From positions 32,001 to 96,000 of the IMG/VR virus record IMGVR_UViG_3300046463_000548: a stretch of DNA of 64,000 nucleotides, one strand, 5' to 3'. Within the stretch, counting starts at the first letter, position 1. Each line of letters opens with the position of its first letter. This DNA comes from a virus. The position numbers were made by a program, and so were the translations under genes. The notes below the pieces were generated by a model. The model was not told the DNA's origin. It saw only the letters and a list, made by a program, of their open reading frames with translations, and ran no database searches. This document shows, piece by piece, positions 27,463 through 36,878 of this stretch.

Positions 27463-28273
27463 AGCATTGCGCAACGAGCTACTGCAGGAAGCGGAACGGC
27501 TCAACCGGCCGACAGGCCAACTGGGGCGTATTGCGCGCAAATTGACTGCGATTCTTGAAGAGGAATTGACGCCAGAACAGGCTGGGAGTACTCCGGCTAA
27601 CAGATGGGCCAAAGAGGGCGAAGCGGACCCGCACGGCACGTCCTATGACTGCGAGCGGGCATCTTTGACGCTGGGCCAATACACGGATGACGAATTGGCG
27701 AACGGGGTTTTCCTGAACGCCGATCAGCCGATGAACATAGAGCGCATCCTAGCTCGCGATCCGAACTATCACGCGCCGATTGCCTGGCTCACTGCAGCGA
27801 AGGACCGTATCCGTTGGCTGTCACGTGCGCTCGTGCGCGCGGAGGGGGCGTCGCTTCCGTCGATCAATATCCGGTGCGAGACAACCTGCGACGGAGTCAT
27901 GGGAACAACGACGCTCAACGTGGTTCGGGTCGAGCGAGAGGATGACGGCAGCCTAACGGCAGTCACAGACTACTGGCCGAACGCCCACAGCCAGAAAGCG
28001 TTTCTTCGGGAGTTGATTCCGCAGCTTGCGGCTCTCTACCCAGAGAACGTCGGATGGGACTCTGGCTGGCGGTCAGCGTGCACGCGTGTTCTCAATGAGT
28101 TGGAAAAACGGGATACGTCGGCAACCATGACTTCCGCTCCGAGCGCGGGGATTTCGCTGACGCCTGCTCAGTGGGCTGACGTTTATTACTTCGCTCGCGC
28201 GTCTGAAATCGGTGAATTTTTGGGGCGTGCCGAGGAAGTTTTTAACGCCTCACTTGGGGAGAAGCGCCAATGA
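27443..28273 (+). CDS. Mosaic hypothetical phage protein
   Basis: Appears multi-domain; AAKDRIRWLSRAL segment. Confidence 0.65.
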   Translation: MNKTKIEALRNELLQEAERLNRPTGQLGRIARKLTAILEEELTPEQAGSTPANRWAKEGEADPHGTSYDCERASLTLGQYTDDELANGVFLNADQPMNIERILARDPNYHAPIAWLTAAKDRIRWLSRALVRAEGASLPSINIRCETTCDGVMGTTTLNVVRVEREDDGSLTAVTDYWPNAHSQKAFLRELIPQLAALYPENVGWDSGWRSACTRVLNELEKRDTSATMTSAPSAGISLTPAQWADVYYFARASEIGEFLGRAEEVFNASLGEKRQ

Positions 28274-28719
28274 ATCGAGAGTGCCTGTACAAGCTGATTC
28301 GAAGTTTCGGTTACACCACCGCTCCGCAGACAGACGAACTGGTTGGCGCGATTTTCTCAGCCATGCCCCCGTCAGAACCAGTCTATGAGGCGATGGCCAC
28401 GGACGAGGATCACATCGAAAACGGTCCGAAAGACATCTGGATGGATTGTGAACGCGTGTTCTTTGACCAGATGCAGGCACGTGAGGATATGCGAACGTGC
28501 ATCCTGTACACGGCACCACCATCAGACAAGTTCGTGAGCATCGAACTGCTCAAGGAGAAGGTTGAGAAGATGAAGGAGCCGCTCGATTCCAGCGTGACGC
28601 AGGAGCGGAGTAGCGGGTGGCGAGCGGCAGTGGAAAGCTTCGAGATTGAGTTCATTCCGGAGGCTAGAGAAGCGCACGCTGCGTTCTGGCGAGCGGCTGC
28701 GAAAGGGAGCAAATCATGA
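28270..28719 (+). CDS. Hypothetical protein
   Basis: ATGA-coupled; LYTAPP motif common in Ea22-like mosaic proteins. Confidence 0.6.
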   Translation: MNRECLYKLIRSFGYTTAPQTDELVGAIFSAMPPSEPVYEAMATDEDHIENGPKDIWMDCERVFFDQMQAREDMRTCILYTAPPSDKFVSIELLKEKVEKMKEPLDSSVTQERSSGWRAAVESFEIEFIPEAREAHAAFWRAAAKGSKS

Positions 28720-28958
28720 GAGGCGAGCAGCGGGAAGAGCAGCGCGCGCTGTTCGAGGAACGGGCGTTCAATCAGCGTTTCCTGATGTCGATCCGGAAAG
28801 TGGGCCAGGGCTGCATGACATTTCAGGCGGTAGGGTGCCCGACCAAGGCTGAATTTGTGAAGCGTCAAGCTGATGGCTCGTACGAGGACCAGACCCTCAA
28901 TGCAATGTGGTGGGCGTGGTGCGAAGCGGTCAGACTCAACAGAGGGGCGGAGGAATGA
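28716..28958 (+). CDS. Hypothetical protein
   Basis: ATGA-coupled ORF with GGGAG RBS. Confidence 0.6.
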   Translation: MRGEQREEQRALFEERAFNQRFLMSIRKVGQGCMTFQAVGCPTKAEFVKRQADGSYEDQTLNAMWWAWCEAVRLNRGAEE

Positions 28959-29299
28959 AGACGCTTAGTGGCAACCAAAAGGCGCTCGCCTTGAACCTGG
29001 CCAGGCACGCAGAGGAATCACACATTCTTGCGGGCAACGAGGTTTGTGCTGAACTCATGAAGCAGTGTGGGAGGACAATCCGCGAACTACTGGGGACTCG
29101 CATCGAACTGGACGATCTGGTGAAGGACGCTAGTGATCACCGACTGTCAGACGATCTGATAGGCAAGCGTTTTCGCATGCTCTTGAGTGATCCCACCTGC
29201 ACATGCGGCGTGCCCGTCGAAACGCCGCACGCTGAAGACTGCCCGATAACGTCACACGTGCGAGCGCTGTTCGCACAGTCCGGAGAGTACCCGTCATGA
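28955..29299 (+). CDS. Hypothetical protein
   Basis: ATGA-coupled; CTCG...HAEDC. Confidence 0.6.
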   Translation: MKTLSGNQKALALNLARHAEESHILAGNEVCAELMKQCGRTIRELLGTRIELDDLVKDASDHRLSDDLIGKRFRMLLSDPTCTCGVPVETPHAEDCPITSHVRALFAQSGEYPS

Positions 29300-29655
29300 G
29301 CGTCACACAAATAACGAACGAGCGGATTATCGAACTGCTGAACGAGGCAGATCGCGAAACGATTGAGTCCGAAGACAGTCAGGCGTTTTACATCCGGTTC
29401 GCGCGGAAGATTGAACAGGAGATGTCCCCGACGAAGGACGCGGAAGACGGAGCTTTGTTCCGTCATCTGGTTGAGCACGCGTGGGTATTCAAGACATCCT
29501 TCGACAAGGCCGGTCAGCCGACCCGGATCAAGGCTGACTTCAAAATCACGACGCTGACTAGCGACAGCATGGGCGACAGTATCCGTTCGCTGGTTCGTGA
29601 CTTCGGAAAAAACGCGGAAGCGCTAAGCGAGAAACTCAAAAATGACAACGACTGA
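29296..29655 (+). CDS. Hypothetical protein
   Basis: ATGA-coupled ORF. Confidence 0.6.
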   Translation: MSVTQITNERIIELLNEADRETIESEDSQAFYIRFARKIEQEMSPTKDAEDGALFRHLVEHAWVFKTSFDKAGQPTRIKADFKITTLTSDSMGDSIRSLVRDFGKNAEALSEKLKNDND

Positions 29656-31123
29656 ATGCGCGGTTGGTGGTTGCTCGAAGATCGGCTGCGAGGGCGGAAT
29701 CTACTGCTTCAACGCAGACGGCACGCGCAAGGAAGTGAGCGAGAGACAGAAGGAGCAGTTGCGGGACGCGTTCGCAGAGTACGCGGCGCGCGGCGCGGAG
29801 CAGCAGCCGGGGCAACCGGCCGTGAATCACCACGATTTGCTAAGCCGAGCGGCGCATCATCTGCGCGAGCACGGGAGTGAGTACGGCCACCCCATGCAGA
29901 CTGAGCTAATCGCGGAGCTTGAGGCTGCAGCAGCCCAGCCCACTGTGGGTCAAACGCAGACCGACGCGCCAGGTGATCTGGTCGTGTTGACAAACGACGA
30001 ATTAAACGCCCTGACGAAACAGCGCTTCGGGAACATGCATCAACAGTATGCAGAAGGATTCCGCCGCCTTATGCGGAGCGCCATCGAGGCAAATGCCGAG
30101 AAGGTGCGGGCTGCACCATCCGCCAGGGTCACCGAAACGCGAGTCTGCGGCGAGCGTGAGCATTGCATCAATTGCGGCACCTTTGCAGACCCACGTTGTG
30201 GATGTGAGCGGGGACGAAAGCTTGCCGCGTACTATCGAACTCCTGAGAATGCAGTGCCGCCGTCGTCCACGGCAGCGACGAGTTCAACGGACCGCTGCTA
30301 TGCACCCGCATGCGGCCAGTGGGACGGCAATGATTCGTGCACGTGCCAGCGAGTTACGGCAACAGAAGCGCAGCTTGAGAATTTTGACGTGGCAGTCCAC
30401 AAGTTGGCGACAACGCACGCACTGGATCGGACCGGCTCCGGTGGATGGATTTTTGAAAACCACAAGCTGTTCATTTTCGCACACGAGCTAGGCCCAAAGT
30501 ATTCGGCCGCAGGAAAGGATGTGTCGCTGACTGACGATGCGCGCGAATGCCTGATGGATGTCGTTAGCCATCACCATGACTTTCGGACTGCCTGCATCGA
30601 GGTGAAAGCATCCAATGAAACGACGCGCAGTGATGAGTCATATTGGCAAAAGCAAATCGAGGTGCTGGACCGCATGAGAGCGCAAGCGGAACGCGCGCTA
30701 GCTGCACGCGGACAGATTACGACGAAGCGTGACGAGCCCCGGCTAGATAAGCCCGCTCAGGTTGGGGGAACCCGATTTCATGCGGGAGTGAAGTGGTCCA
30801 CGGTAATCGCAGCCACGCAACGACACTTCGAATACATGCAGACCCCTGAGAAAGAGGCTGAACGGATCGAGAAAGGCAAGGCGCTTGTTGAGTATCTTTT
30901 GAGCGGGCAGGCCGCGTCACCGGAAGCAGCGGAGAACGAGGCACTGCTCAAAGCGCTAGCTGAATGCCGCGAGGCGTTCCCTGTGCCAGAGGCGGGCTCG
31001 ACGCTGGATGGCTATTGGGTGTCTGCGGTCGGTGACCCCTTCGAAGTTCCGGCTTACATACGCGCCGCGCTCGCTGCGCAAAAAGTTGCCGAGAACACGC
31101 AAAAACCAAACGTTAAAGGATAA
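29642..31123 (+). CDS. Large mosaic accessory protein (Ead/Ea22-like architecture)
   Basis: Cys-rich and helical segments joined by Ala/Pro-rich linkers. Confidence 0.6.
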   Translation: MTTTECAVGGCSKIGCEGGIYCFNADGTRKEVSERQKEQLRDAFAEYAARGAEQQPGQPAVNHHDLLSRAAHHLREHGSEYGHPMQTELIAELEAAAAQPTVGQTQTDAPGDLVVLTNDELNALTKQRFGNMHQQYAEGFRRLMRSAIEANAEKVRAAPSARVTETRVCGEREHCINCGTFADPRCGCERGRKLAAYYRTPENAVPPSSTAATSSTDRCYAPACGQWDGNDSCTCQRVTATEAQLENFDVAVHKLATTHALDRTGSGGWIFENHKLFIFAHELGPKYSAAGKDVSLTDDARECLMDVVSHHHDFRTACIEVKASNETTRSDESYWQKQIEVLDRMRAQAERALAARGQITTKRDEPRLDKPAQVGGTRFHAGVKWSTVIAATQRHFEYMQTPEKEAERIEKGKALVEYLLSGQAASPEAAENEALLKALAECREAFPVPEAGSTLDGYWVSAVGDPFEVPAYIRAALAAQKVAENTQKPNVKG

Positions 31124-31127
31124 TTAC

Positions 31128-31493
31128 ATGACATCCAAAGTCACGACGGTAACCGACGTGCTGATGGCGCGCATCGTTAGCGGACAGTACGTCCACGTTC
31201 TGCCCCCTCAGGATAAGTTGTCGCTTAACCTTAAGGTCAGTCGGACATCGGTGCGCGAAGCAGTCTCCAAGCTCGAAGTCTGGAATGTTGTCGCGGTTCG
31301 TCCCAAGACAGGCACGAAAATCAATCCGCCCAAAGACTGGTCTATGGTCAGTCTGCCGGTGGTAAAGTACCGGTTGATGTCAGAGGGACGCGGACTGAGT
31401 GTCGAAACGATAGACAGCCTGCTGGAAGAAATACGCGCCACTCTGCTGGAGGTTGTGACACCTAGCGCCGCCCCAGACACGGATGGTCGATAA
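31128..31493 (+). CDS. GntR-family winged-helix protein lacking a full effector domain
   Basis: RIVSGQY...LP...VSRTSVREAVSKLE...RPKTGTKI; only about 55 aa follow the HTH. Confidence 0.85.
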   Translation: MTSKVTTVTDVLMARIVSGQYVHVLPPQDKLSLNLKVSRTSVREAVSKLEVWNVVAVRPKTGTKINPPKDWSMVSLPVVKYRLMSEGRGLSVETIDSLLEEIRATLLEVVTPSAAPDTDGR

Positions 31494-31504
31494 AAGGCAA
31501 AGAG

Positions 31505-31732
31505 ATGAGTCCGAGGATCGACAGGCTCAAAGCAGGCCAGCGCGTGAGACTGGCTAACGGAGGACACGCGGTGATCCGCCAGCAGGATAGGGCGATGAAG
31601 CTGGTGACCGGCACGTCAGAGTACGGCGACCAATCGTTCATCTGGACGTATGACGGGGCCGCCGTTTCGTGTTTTTCCGTTTGCGTGCGTCAGCGTATGC
31701 CAACCCTTGACATCGTTGAAGTGTTGACCTGA
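31505..31732 (+). CDS. Hypothetical protein
   Basis: 75-aa ORF before a terminator. Confidence 0.6.
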   Translation: MSPRIDRLKAGQRVRLANGGHAVIRQQDRAMKLVTGTSEYGDQSFIWTYDGAAVSCFSVCVRQRMPTLDIVEVLT

Positions 31733-31751
31733 TTTTCGCGTATCTGGTACG

Positions 31752-31777
31752 ACCCGCTTCGGCGGGTTTTCTTTTTT
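31752..31777 (+). terminator. Intrinsic terminator
   Basis: ACCCGC-TTCG-GCGGGT followed by a T-tract. Confidence 0.9.
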
Positions 31778-31784
31778 CTAGTTG

Positions 31785-31813
31785 TTGACGGTCTGTGCAA
31801 AGTCACTTAGAAT
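31785..31813 (+). promoter_or_regulatory. sigma70-type promoter
   Basis: TTGACG-17 bp-TAGAAT. Confidence 0.8.
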
Positions 31814-31851
31814 GGACTTGTTGGTTGAGTGAACGACTGAGGGGAACGAAA

Positions 31852-32145
31852 ATGGCGGGTCAATATCTTGCACTTTGTCAGCGATGCAACGGCACCGGCC
31901 GGTATGATCGCGGTGCCTGTTTTGGTTGCCGCCCCTTCGGATCGTTGGGTTGGGTCCGGCGTGTGACCCGGGCGCGGGACGGTGCACAGGTTACCGCGAT
32001 CAGGGATGAAGCGGAAGGCCGGATTGACTGGGTCGTGATTTACGGCGCAACTCCAAAGCAGGCTGTGCAGATCGTGCAGCGGCAGATGCGTGTAGCACAG
32101 AAGCCCGGTGCGCTGATCGAAAGCGTGCGGGCCGTAGCTCTTTGA
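31852..32145 (+). CDS. Zinc-finger hypothetical protein
   Basis: CQRCNGTG...CFGC. Confidence 0.65.
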   Translation: MAGQYLALCQRCNGTGRYDRGACFGCRPFGSLGWVRRVTRARDGAQVTAIRDEAEGRIDWVVIYGATPKQAVQIVQRQMRVAQKPGALIESVRAVAL

Positions 32146-32161
32146 TCGAAGCGAGGACAAA

Positions 32162-32392
32162 ATGAAGAATCTCGGAACGGTGAACGGGTTTGTTGAAATG
32201 ACGGCGCGCATCAAGGGAAAGATGTTTTTCTTTGACGGAACGACGCTGGGTCTGACGAACGCTGCAATCAAGGCAGGGGCTGTCGAGGGAACCCGGATTG
32301 AAAGCGAGTTCGGAACGCACGTGCTGGAAGCGAATCCGTGCGAAACGCGCGTGCCCGAAAAGCTCTGGGCCGTTCGTGCTTCCAACAGCTAA
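32162..32392 (+). CDS. Hypothetical protein
   Basis: GAGGA RBS. Confidence 0.6.
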   Translation: MKNLGTVNGFVEMTARIKGKMFFFDGTTLGLTNAAIKAGAVEGTRIESEFGTHVLEANPCETRVPEKLWAVRASNS

Positions 32393-32437
32393 CCACTTCA
32401 CAATTGCACAAAACCACACAACGTAAGGAGCCACACC

Positions 32438-32764
32438 ATGTCGAACTTTCCGCAAAAATGGATCATCTGCGGGTGCTGCTCTGGCAACGGGCGCGTCGAG
32501 AATCAGGCGTTCTCCAACGGCTTCTCTTCGAGCGAGTGGGCAGACATGGACCAGGACGGACGGGACGCGTACATGCGCGGTGACTACGACGTTACCTGCG
32601 ATCCTTGCAGGGGTTCGGGCAAGGTGCAAGTCCCGGACGCGTCGCGTATGACGTTCGCACAGAAGCGCGAGTACGTGCTCGAACTGCGCGAGGCACGCGA
32701 AGAAGCTGCCGATCTGGCCGACATGCGCCGCGAAGAAGCCGCAGAGCGCCGCATGGGTTGCTGA
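32438..32764 (+). CDS. DnaJ-type CxxCxGxG zinc-finger protein
   Basis: CGCCSGNG...CDPCRGSG; TAAGGAG RBS. Confidence 0.7.
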   Translation: MSNFPQKWIICGCCSGNGRVENQAFSNGFSSSEWADMDQDGRDAYMRGDYDVTCDPCRGSGKVQVPDASRMTFAQKREYVLELREAREEAADLADMRREEAAERRMGC

Positions 32765-32787
32765 CCGAACACAAAGAAGGGGATGCA

Positions 32788-33054
32788 ATGAAAGTCATGA
32801 TTAACGATCAGCCGTACGTGTCGGTTGCCCTGCTCGAACGGGCGCTCGCTGCACACGGTGAAGCGCTCCAAGCGTACCGGCAACTTTGCGTAGAAACGAA
32901 CGGCTGGTCGATCCCGGAGGGCTTGACCGAGCGTCAGAAGGAAAACATCCGCGCGAGCCTCAACGGATTCGAACGACAGGCGGATCGCTCGGAGAAGGTG
33001 GCGGAAAAATTGCGTCGCGACATCGCTGCGCTGAACGAACAAGCATCTGCTTAA
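32788..33054 (+). CDS. Hypothetical coiled-coil protein
   Basis: AAGGGG RBS; MKVMINDQ... Confidence 0.6.
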   Translation: MKVMINDQPYVSVALLERALAAHGEALQAYRQLCVETNGWSIPEGLTERQKENIRASLNGFERQADRSEKVAEKLRRDIAALNEQASA

Positions 33055-33067
33055 CAAAGGAAAAACG

Positions 33068-33619
33068 ATGACCACTATTTGCTGCCCGTCCTGCGACTGG
33101 ACCGGCTATTCGTACGAAGCGAACAGCCTGACCAACGATCAACTTCGCGCACTGCAACCCGGCACGCCGGTACCGTACGGCGCGTGCCCGCTCTGCCGCA
33201 CGCCGCTCATTCCGGGCCAGGTCTTCGCGACCGACGAACTTCACCCGGAATTCGATTGGAACGCGGAACGTCCCGAACGTCAGAACCTCACGCAGTATCA
33301 GCGCGACTGCCTGGTGAACCTGATTGCGAAGCTGGTGCCGGACCATCCGGGTTTCCTGGGCTCGAACGAAATCGCGTTTGCTCTGCGCTCGACTATCGGG
33401 TCTGAAATCCCTATCGACTGCCCGCCGTTCAACCAGTTGACGTTGGCCCCGTACATGCAATCGTGGGTCTATCCGCTGCTGGTCGGCGCACTCTACGGTG
33501 AGCCGTATCCTGGACATCGTCGCCATGTGACAGACGACGCCGCACAAGTGCGCAACGCAGTGAAGATCAAGCGCATCGCGCCAGAACAGACGGGCAGCAC
33601 GGACGAGCTTCTATCATGA
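33068..33619 (+). CDS. Hypothetical protein with an N-terminal zinc ribbon
   Basis: CPSCDW...CPLC. Confidence 0.65.
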   Translation: MTTICCPSCDWTGYSYEANSLTNDQLRALQPGTPVPYGACPLCRTPLIPGQVFATDELHPEFDWNAERPERQNLTQYQRDCLVNLIAKLVPDHPGFLGSNEIAFALRSTIGSEIPIDCPPFNQLTLAPYMQSWVYPLLVGALYGEPYPGHRRHVTDDAAQVRNAVKIKRIAPEQTGSTDELLS

Positions 33620-33831
33620 CGACTACTGGACGCGAAAAGCGCATACCACTATCCGAGCGCGAGGTTCGGTTCATCATTAAGAAGGCGGGGCACCACCGGC
33701 CGCTTGAACTGACGTTTGGTCGGCGCGTGTGCCTGCGCGTCACGGATGAGAGCGCGTGGGCTATTCCGTACGTCATGGTCTGTCGCCTGCAAACGATAGA
33801 CCAACTCATTCAATACGGCGTGCTGCATTAA
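33616..33831 (+). CDS. Hypothetical protein
   Basis: ATGA-coupled ORF. Confidence 0.5.
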   Translation: MTTTGREKRIPLSEREVRFIIKKAGHHRPLELTFGRRVCLRVTDESAWAIPYVMVCRLQTIDQLIQYGVLH

Positions 33832-33864
33832 CCAACGTGCACGGCAAGTAATAAAGGAGAAGAA

Positions 33865-34164
33865 ATGTCGGTCGAAGATTTGCACGAAGTTGCAGGCGTC
33901 ACAGGTGGTCACGCAGTGGTCAAGATTCAGTCCGGGACCGATCACAAATGGATCGAGCTTTACGACGACGAGTGGGATACGATTCTCGGCACGCTGCCTG
34001 CGGAGACGGGCGCGGATACGATCAGCACAGTGCTAAGCATGATCAATCGCGCGTTTGATCGCGGCTTCGAAACGGGCAAGGCACGCAAGCAATACGAACT
34101 GTGTGAAGTGCTCGGAGTGCATCGGCTCGTGCGTGATCTGAAGGACGAAATCAGGGAAAGGTGA
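33865..34164 (+). CDS. Hypothetical protein
   Basis: AAGGAG RBS. Confidence 0.65.
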   Translation: MSVEDLHEVAGVTGGHAVVKIQSGTDHKWIELYDDEWDTILGTLPAETGADTISTVLSMINRAFDRGFETGKARKQYELCEVLGVHRLVRDLKDEIRER

Positions 34165-34349
34165 CTGGAGTGATAACGGAGAAAGAGTTGCCAAAGGGCT
34201 ACGCGTGCGAAGCTTGTGGCACGGAGCACCGGTTCCCTGCCTATGTGTACGCACACTGGGAGGTGCGGATTACGCACTCGTGCGACTGCGGGGCGAAGCA
34301 CAGCGTTCTGTGCGGCGTTGCTACACTTGTTGAACAAAACGAAGAATAG
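34161..34349 (+). CDS. Small zinc-ribbon protein
   Basis: CEACG...CDCG. Confidence 0.6.
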   Translation: MTGVITEKELPKGYACEACGTEHRFPAYVYAHWEVRITHSCDCGAKHSVLCGVATLVEQNEE

Positions 34350-34377
34350 TTGACGGTTTGTGCAGGACCTGTATAAT
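34350..34377 (+). promoter_or_regulatory. sigma70-type promoter
   Basis: TTGACG-16 bp-TATAAT. Confidence 0.8.
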
Positions 34378-34419
34378 CGGTTCTGTTGGTGTTGGAGGTG
34401 AAACGAATCGGGGATCGAA

Positions 34420-34662
34420 ATGAGCAAATTTACTGACCAGTTTGACGCGGTGGTGGCGGCGTTGAATAGTGCACCATTCGCCGCGCAAGTTGCTTGGGAT
34501 TCAGCAAGTTGCCATGCTCAAGACGTTCTTGGTGGCGAAGCATGCAAGTGGGAAACGGAGGCATTCAAGGAATACGTTGTCGGCTGCGTTGACCAAGCTT
34601 CGTACTTTCAGGAAAGCGCTGAGGCACGGGAGTTTTTCGAAGAATTCGGTATCTTTGGCTGA
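34420..34662 (+). CDS. Small acidic hypothetical protein
   Basis: First gene after the promoter; D/E-rich. Confidence 0.65.
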   Translation: MSKFTDQFDAVVAALNSAPFAAQVAWDSASCHAQDVLGGEACKWETEAFKEYVVGCVDQASYFQESAEAREFFEEFGIFG

Positions 34663-34672
34663 GGGGAACGGG

Positions 34673-35062
34673 ATGGACGGACAAGTGATCGACGTTTCTG
34701 TGTGCTCTGATCTGTACGTAGCGGGCCGCACCGAAGACGGTGAAATGTACACGGCCGAAGTTTATCTGGTGTGCGCTGAATTTGCGGACGGTTCCGTGTA
34801 CGCGCATAGCGAGCGCTTCAAGGGCTGCAAGATCGAAGAGTGGGCAGACGAAGACGATCACGGTACCGCGTTCGTTGACATCCGTGAAGAACAGAAGGCA
34901 AAGGCCGAGAAACTGGCTGCGCGTGTCAATCAGTGTGTGGCTACAGGCCGCAAGCTCGATCCGCAGTTCTGGACGTTTCATCGCACAGTGTACGGGTCTT
35001 CAGCCTACCTCCACGAAGTTGCAGAAATGACGCCACGCCAACGCGCGGGCGAACCGGATTAA
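34673..35062 (+). CDS. Hypothetical protein
   Basis: GAGGGG RBS; YGSSAY motif. Confidence 0.65.
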   Translation: MDGQVIDVSVCSDLYVAGRTEDGEMYTAEVYLVCAEFADGSVYAHSERFKGCKIEEWADEDDHGTAFVDIREEQKAKAEKLAARVNQCVATGRKLDPQFWTFHRTVYGSSAYLHEVAEMTPRQRAGEPD

Positions 35063-35073
35063 GGGAGTAGCAG

Positions 35074-35301
35074 ATGGGTATCAAGTACGCCGTAGAGCAG
35101 CGCCTTCGCTTCATTGATTTTTTGGTGTCTCACTACGGCACGATCAACAGGGAAGCGCTCACCGACTACTACGGTATCTCGTTGCCTCAGGCGTCTGACG
35201 ACATCGCTGAGTACAAAAAGATGGCACCGAATAACATCGTGTATGACAACACCAAGAAGACCTACGCAAGGGGCGCACTGTTCGCGCGGGTGTGGGACTG
35301 A
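35074..35301 (+). CDS. Stand-alone winged helix resembling the N-terminal domain of CapW-type WYL repressors
   Basis: EQRLRFIDF...GTINR..LTDYYGISLPQASDDIAEY...APNNIVYD...KTY; stops at 75 aa with no WYL/WCX domain. Confidence 0.8.
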   Translation: MGIKYAVEQRLRFIDFLVSHYGTINREALTDYYGISLPQASDDIAEYKKMAPNNIVYDNTKKTYARGALFARVWD

Positions 35302-35333
35302 TTTTTGACAGAGCGCTACCACTCACACAGGTC

Positions 35334-35741
35334 ATGAAAATAAACAATCCTTTTCCCATAGAGATTGACGAACTGATGGCCCAGATGGCTGCGTTCGAGG
35401 AAGCCAACACGAAAGCGTGTATGGGTCCTGCACAGCGTACGGAGGGATTTCTGCTGCTCGGTACCTTCGCGCAGGCATACGTAAGTCAGGAGGTGTCGAG
35501 TCGTTTTGTCGGCTGGGTGATGGCGTCCATGGCGAGCGGGCGTAGTGTCCTGCCTGAGCCCGGAAGTGCGCACGATCTGCTGCGCTGGTGCAAGAAGTAC
35601 GAAAGTGTCCTGTCCAGTAGTCTGCTAGCGATGGAGGCTTCGAAAACTGACGCTGAAATACTGGAAGACTGTAGGGGCATGCTCGAAGCGTTGCGCGAAA
35701 CAATTAAGGTTGCGGAGAGCGGACAAACAGTGCGTCACTGA
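35334..35741 (+). CDS. Hypothetical protein
   Basis: ORF in a co-directional array; not recognisably WYL-like. Confidence 0.55.
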   Translation: MKINNPFPIEIDELMAQMAAFEEANTKACMGPAQRTEGFLLLGTFAQAYVSQEVSSRFVGWVMASMASGRSVLPEPGSAHDLLRWCKKYESVLSSSLLAMEASKTDAEILEDCRGMLEALRETIKVAESGQTVRH

Positions 35742-35755
35742 CAAGGCAAAGGAAA

Positions 35756-36001
35756 ATGACAAAAGCACAGCTTCAGAAACGGCTCGATGCGCTGGCTTCA
35801 GAGATTAATGCAATCGCTGGGGAACTGACGAAGCAATACGGGGAGGGCGCGAATCTCTACTTCGAGGCTGGCGGCACCATCTACGCGCTGACGCCAGAAC
35901 GACGCGCTCCGTTCAACAGAGATGCAACGCCGAACGAGCGACAGGCGCGGGTCATTGCGTCGAGCAGCGAGTACTGCAACTTTGATTGCGGTGCTTGGTA
36001 G
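35756..36001 (+). CDS. Hypothetical protein
   Basis: AAGGA RBS; ends FDCGAW. Confidence 0.65.
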   Translation: MTKAQLQKRLDALASEINAIAGELTKQYGEGANLYFEAGGTIYALTPERRAPFNRDATPNERQARVIASSSEYCNFDCGAW

Positions 36002-36017
36002 CAAACACGGATAAACA

Positions 36018-36878
36018 ATGACAAAAAATCTTGATAACGAGCGCGCTGCATTCTCCGCATGGGCACGATCCAAGCGAGTAGCGGATAACGACTTTCACTT
36101 CTCCATCTGGCAAGCGGCGCTTGCATCCACTGCGACGAGTGATCCGGCCGCTGCCTTGCATGCAAGCCAGGTTCGAGCGTTGGCCGCTACCGTTCAGCGC
36201 CGAATCGACGCGTGCGGTGTCGCTGCGAATACGCCAGACGCTGATTATTTCGACGCGTCAACGAACTTGATTATCGCAGCGCGTGAACTGCTGTCTGCTC
36301 TGTGCGGCCAACCGGCCGATGCGACGCCTCTCGATGAGGACGCGTCCAAGGGTGCGACGTGCACTTATCCGCGATGCGCTTGTGCGCAGCCTTGCGCTAG
36401 TCGCGCCAATGGGGCGCGTGAAAAGTGCGCCGGGTGCATAGAGCGTTGCACCAACGATCCGCCCGATTGCTATGCCGCCAATGTGGCAATTGGGGAGCGG
36501 GGAATGTCTCTGCCTGAAGCTGGAACGGCCCTAGCTACAGCATTGGAAGGGGGGCAAGAGCCAGTTGGGTACGCATGGCAAAACGAGTTGGATGCCCTGA
36601 AAAATGGCGAAAAGATTAAGTGCCCGTTGTGGGCAAAGCCGGATGGTGATGAGGGGGAAGTGGCCCTCTATGCCGCCCCGCAACCAGCACAGGCACAGGT
36701 GAAGCTGACGGAGATTCAGCAGGCCATCGCCGACTATCACTTCGCTCTCGACACTCGCGCCCACGGCGGGGTTGCTCAGGACCGCGCGTTCAATGCGATT
36801 TGCAACGTGCTGGGCATGCACTGGAAACAGGGGGAGGAATTTGATCGACGCGCCAGAATGACGACGAGGACTGAATGA
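36018..36878 (+). CDS. Mosaic accessory protein
   Basis: QEPVGY...LYAAPQP linker motifs and a Cys-rich segment. Confidence 0.6.
   Translation: MTKNLDNERAAFSAWARSKRVADNDFHFSIWQAALASTATSDPAAALHASQVRALAATVQRRIDACGVAANTPDADYFDASTNLIIAARELLSALCGQPADATPLDEDASKGATCTYPRCACAQPCASRANGAREKCAGCIERCTNDPPDCYAANVAIGERGMSLPEAGTALATALEGGQEPVGYAWQNELDALKNGEKIKCPLWAKPDGDEGEVALYAAPQPAQAQVKLTEIQQAIADYHFALDTRAHGGVAQDRAFNAICNVLGMHWKQGEEFDRRARMTTRTE

Noticed and set aside
35334-35741. Split WYL domain completing the upstream CapW-like head
   Set aside because: No WYL-type motifs recognisable in this ORF
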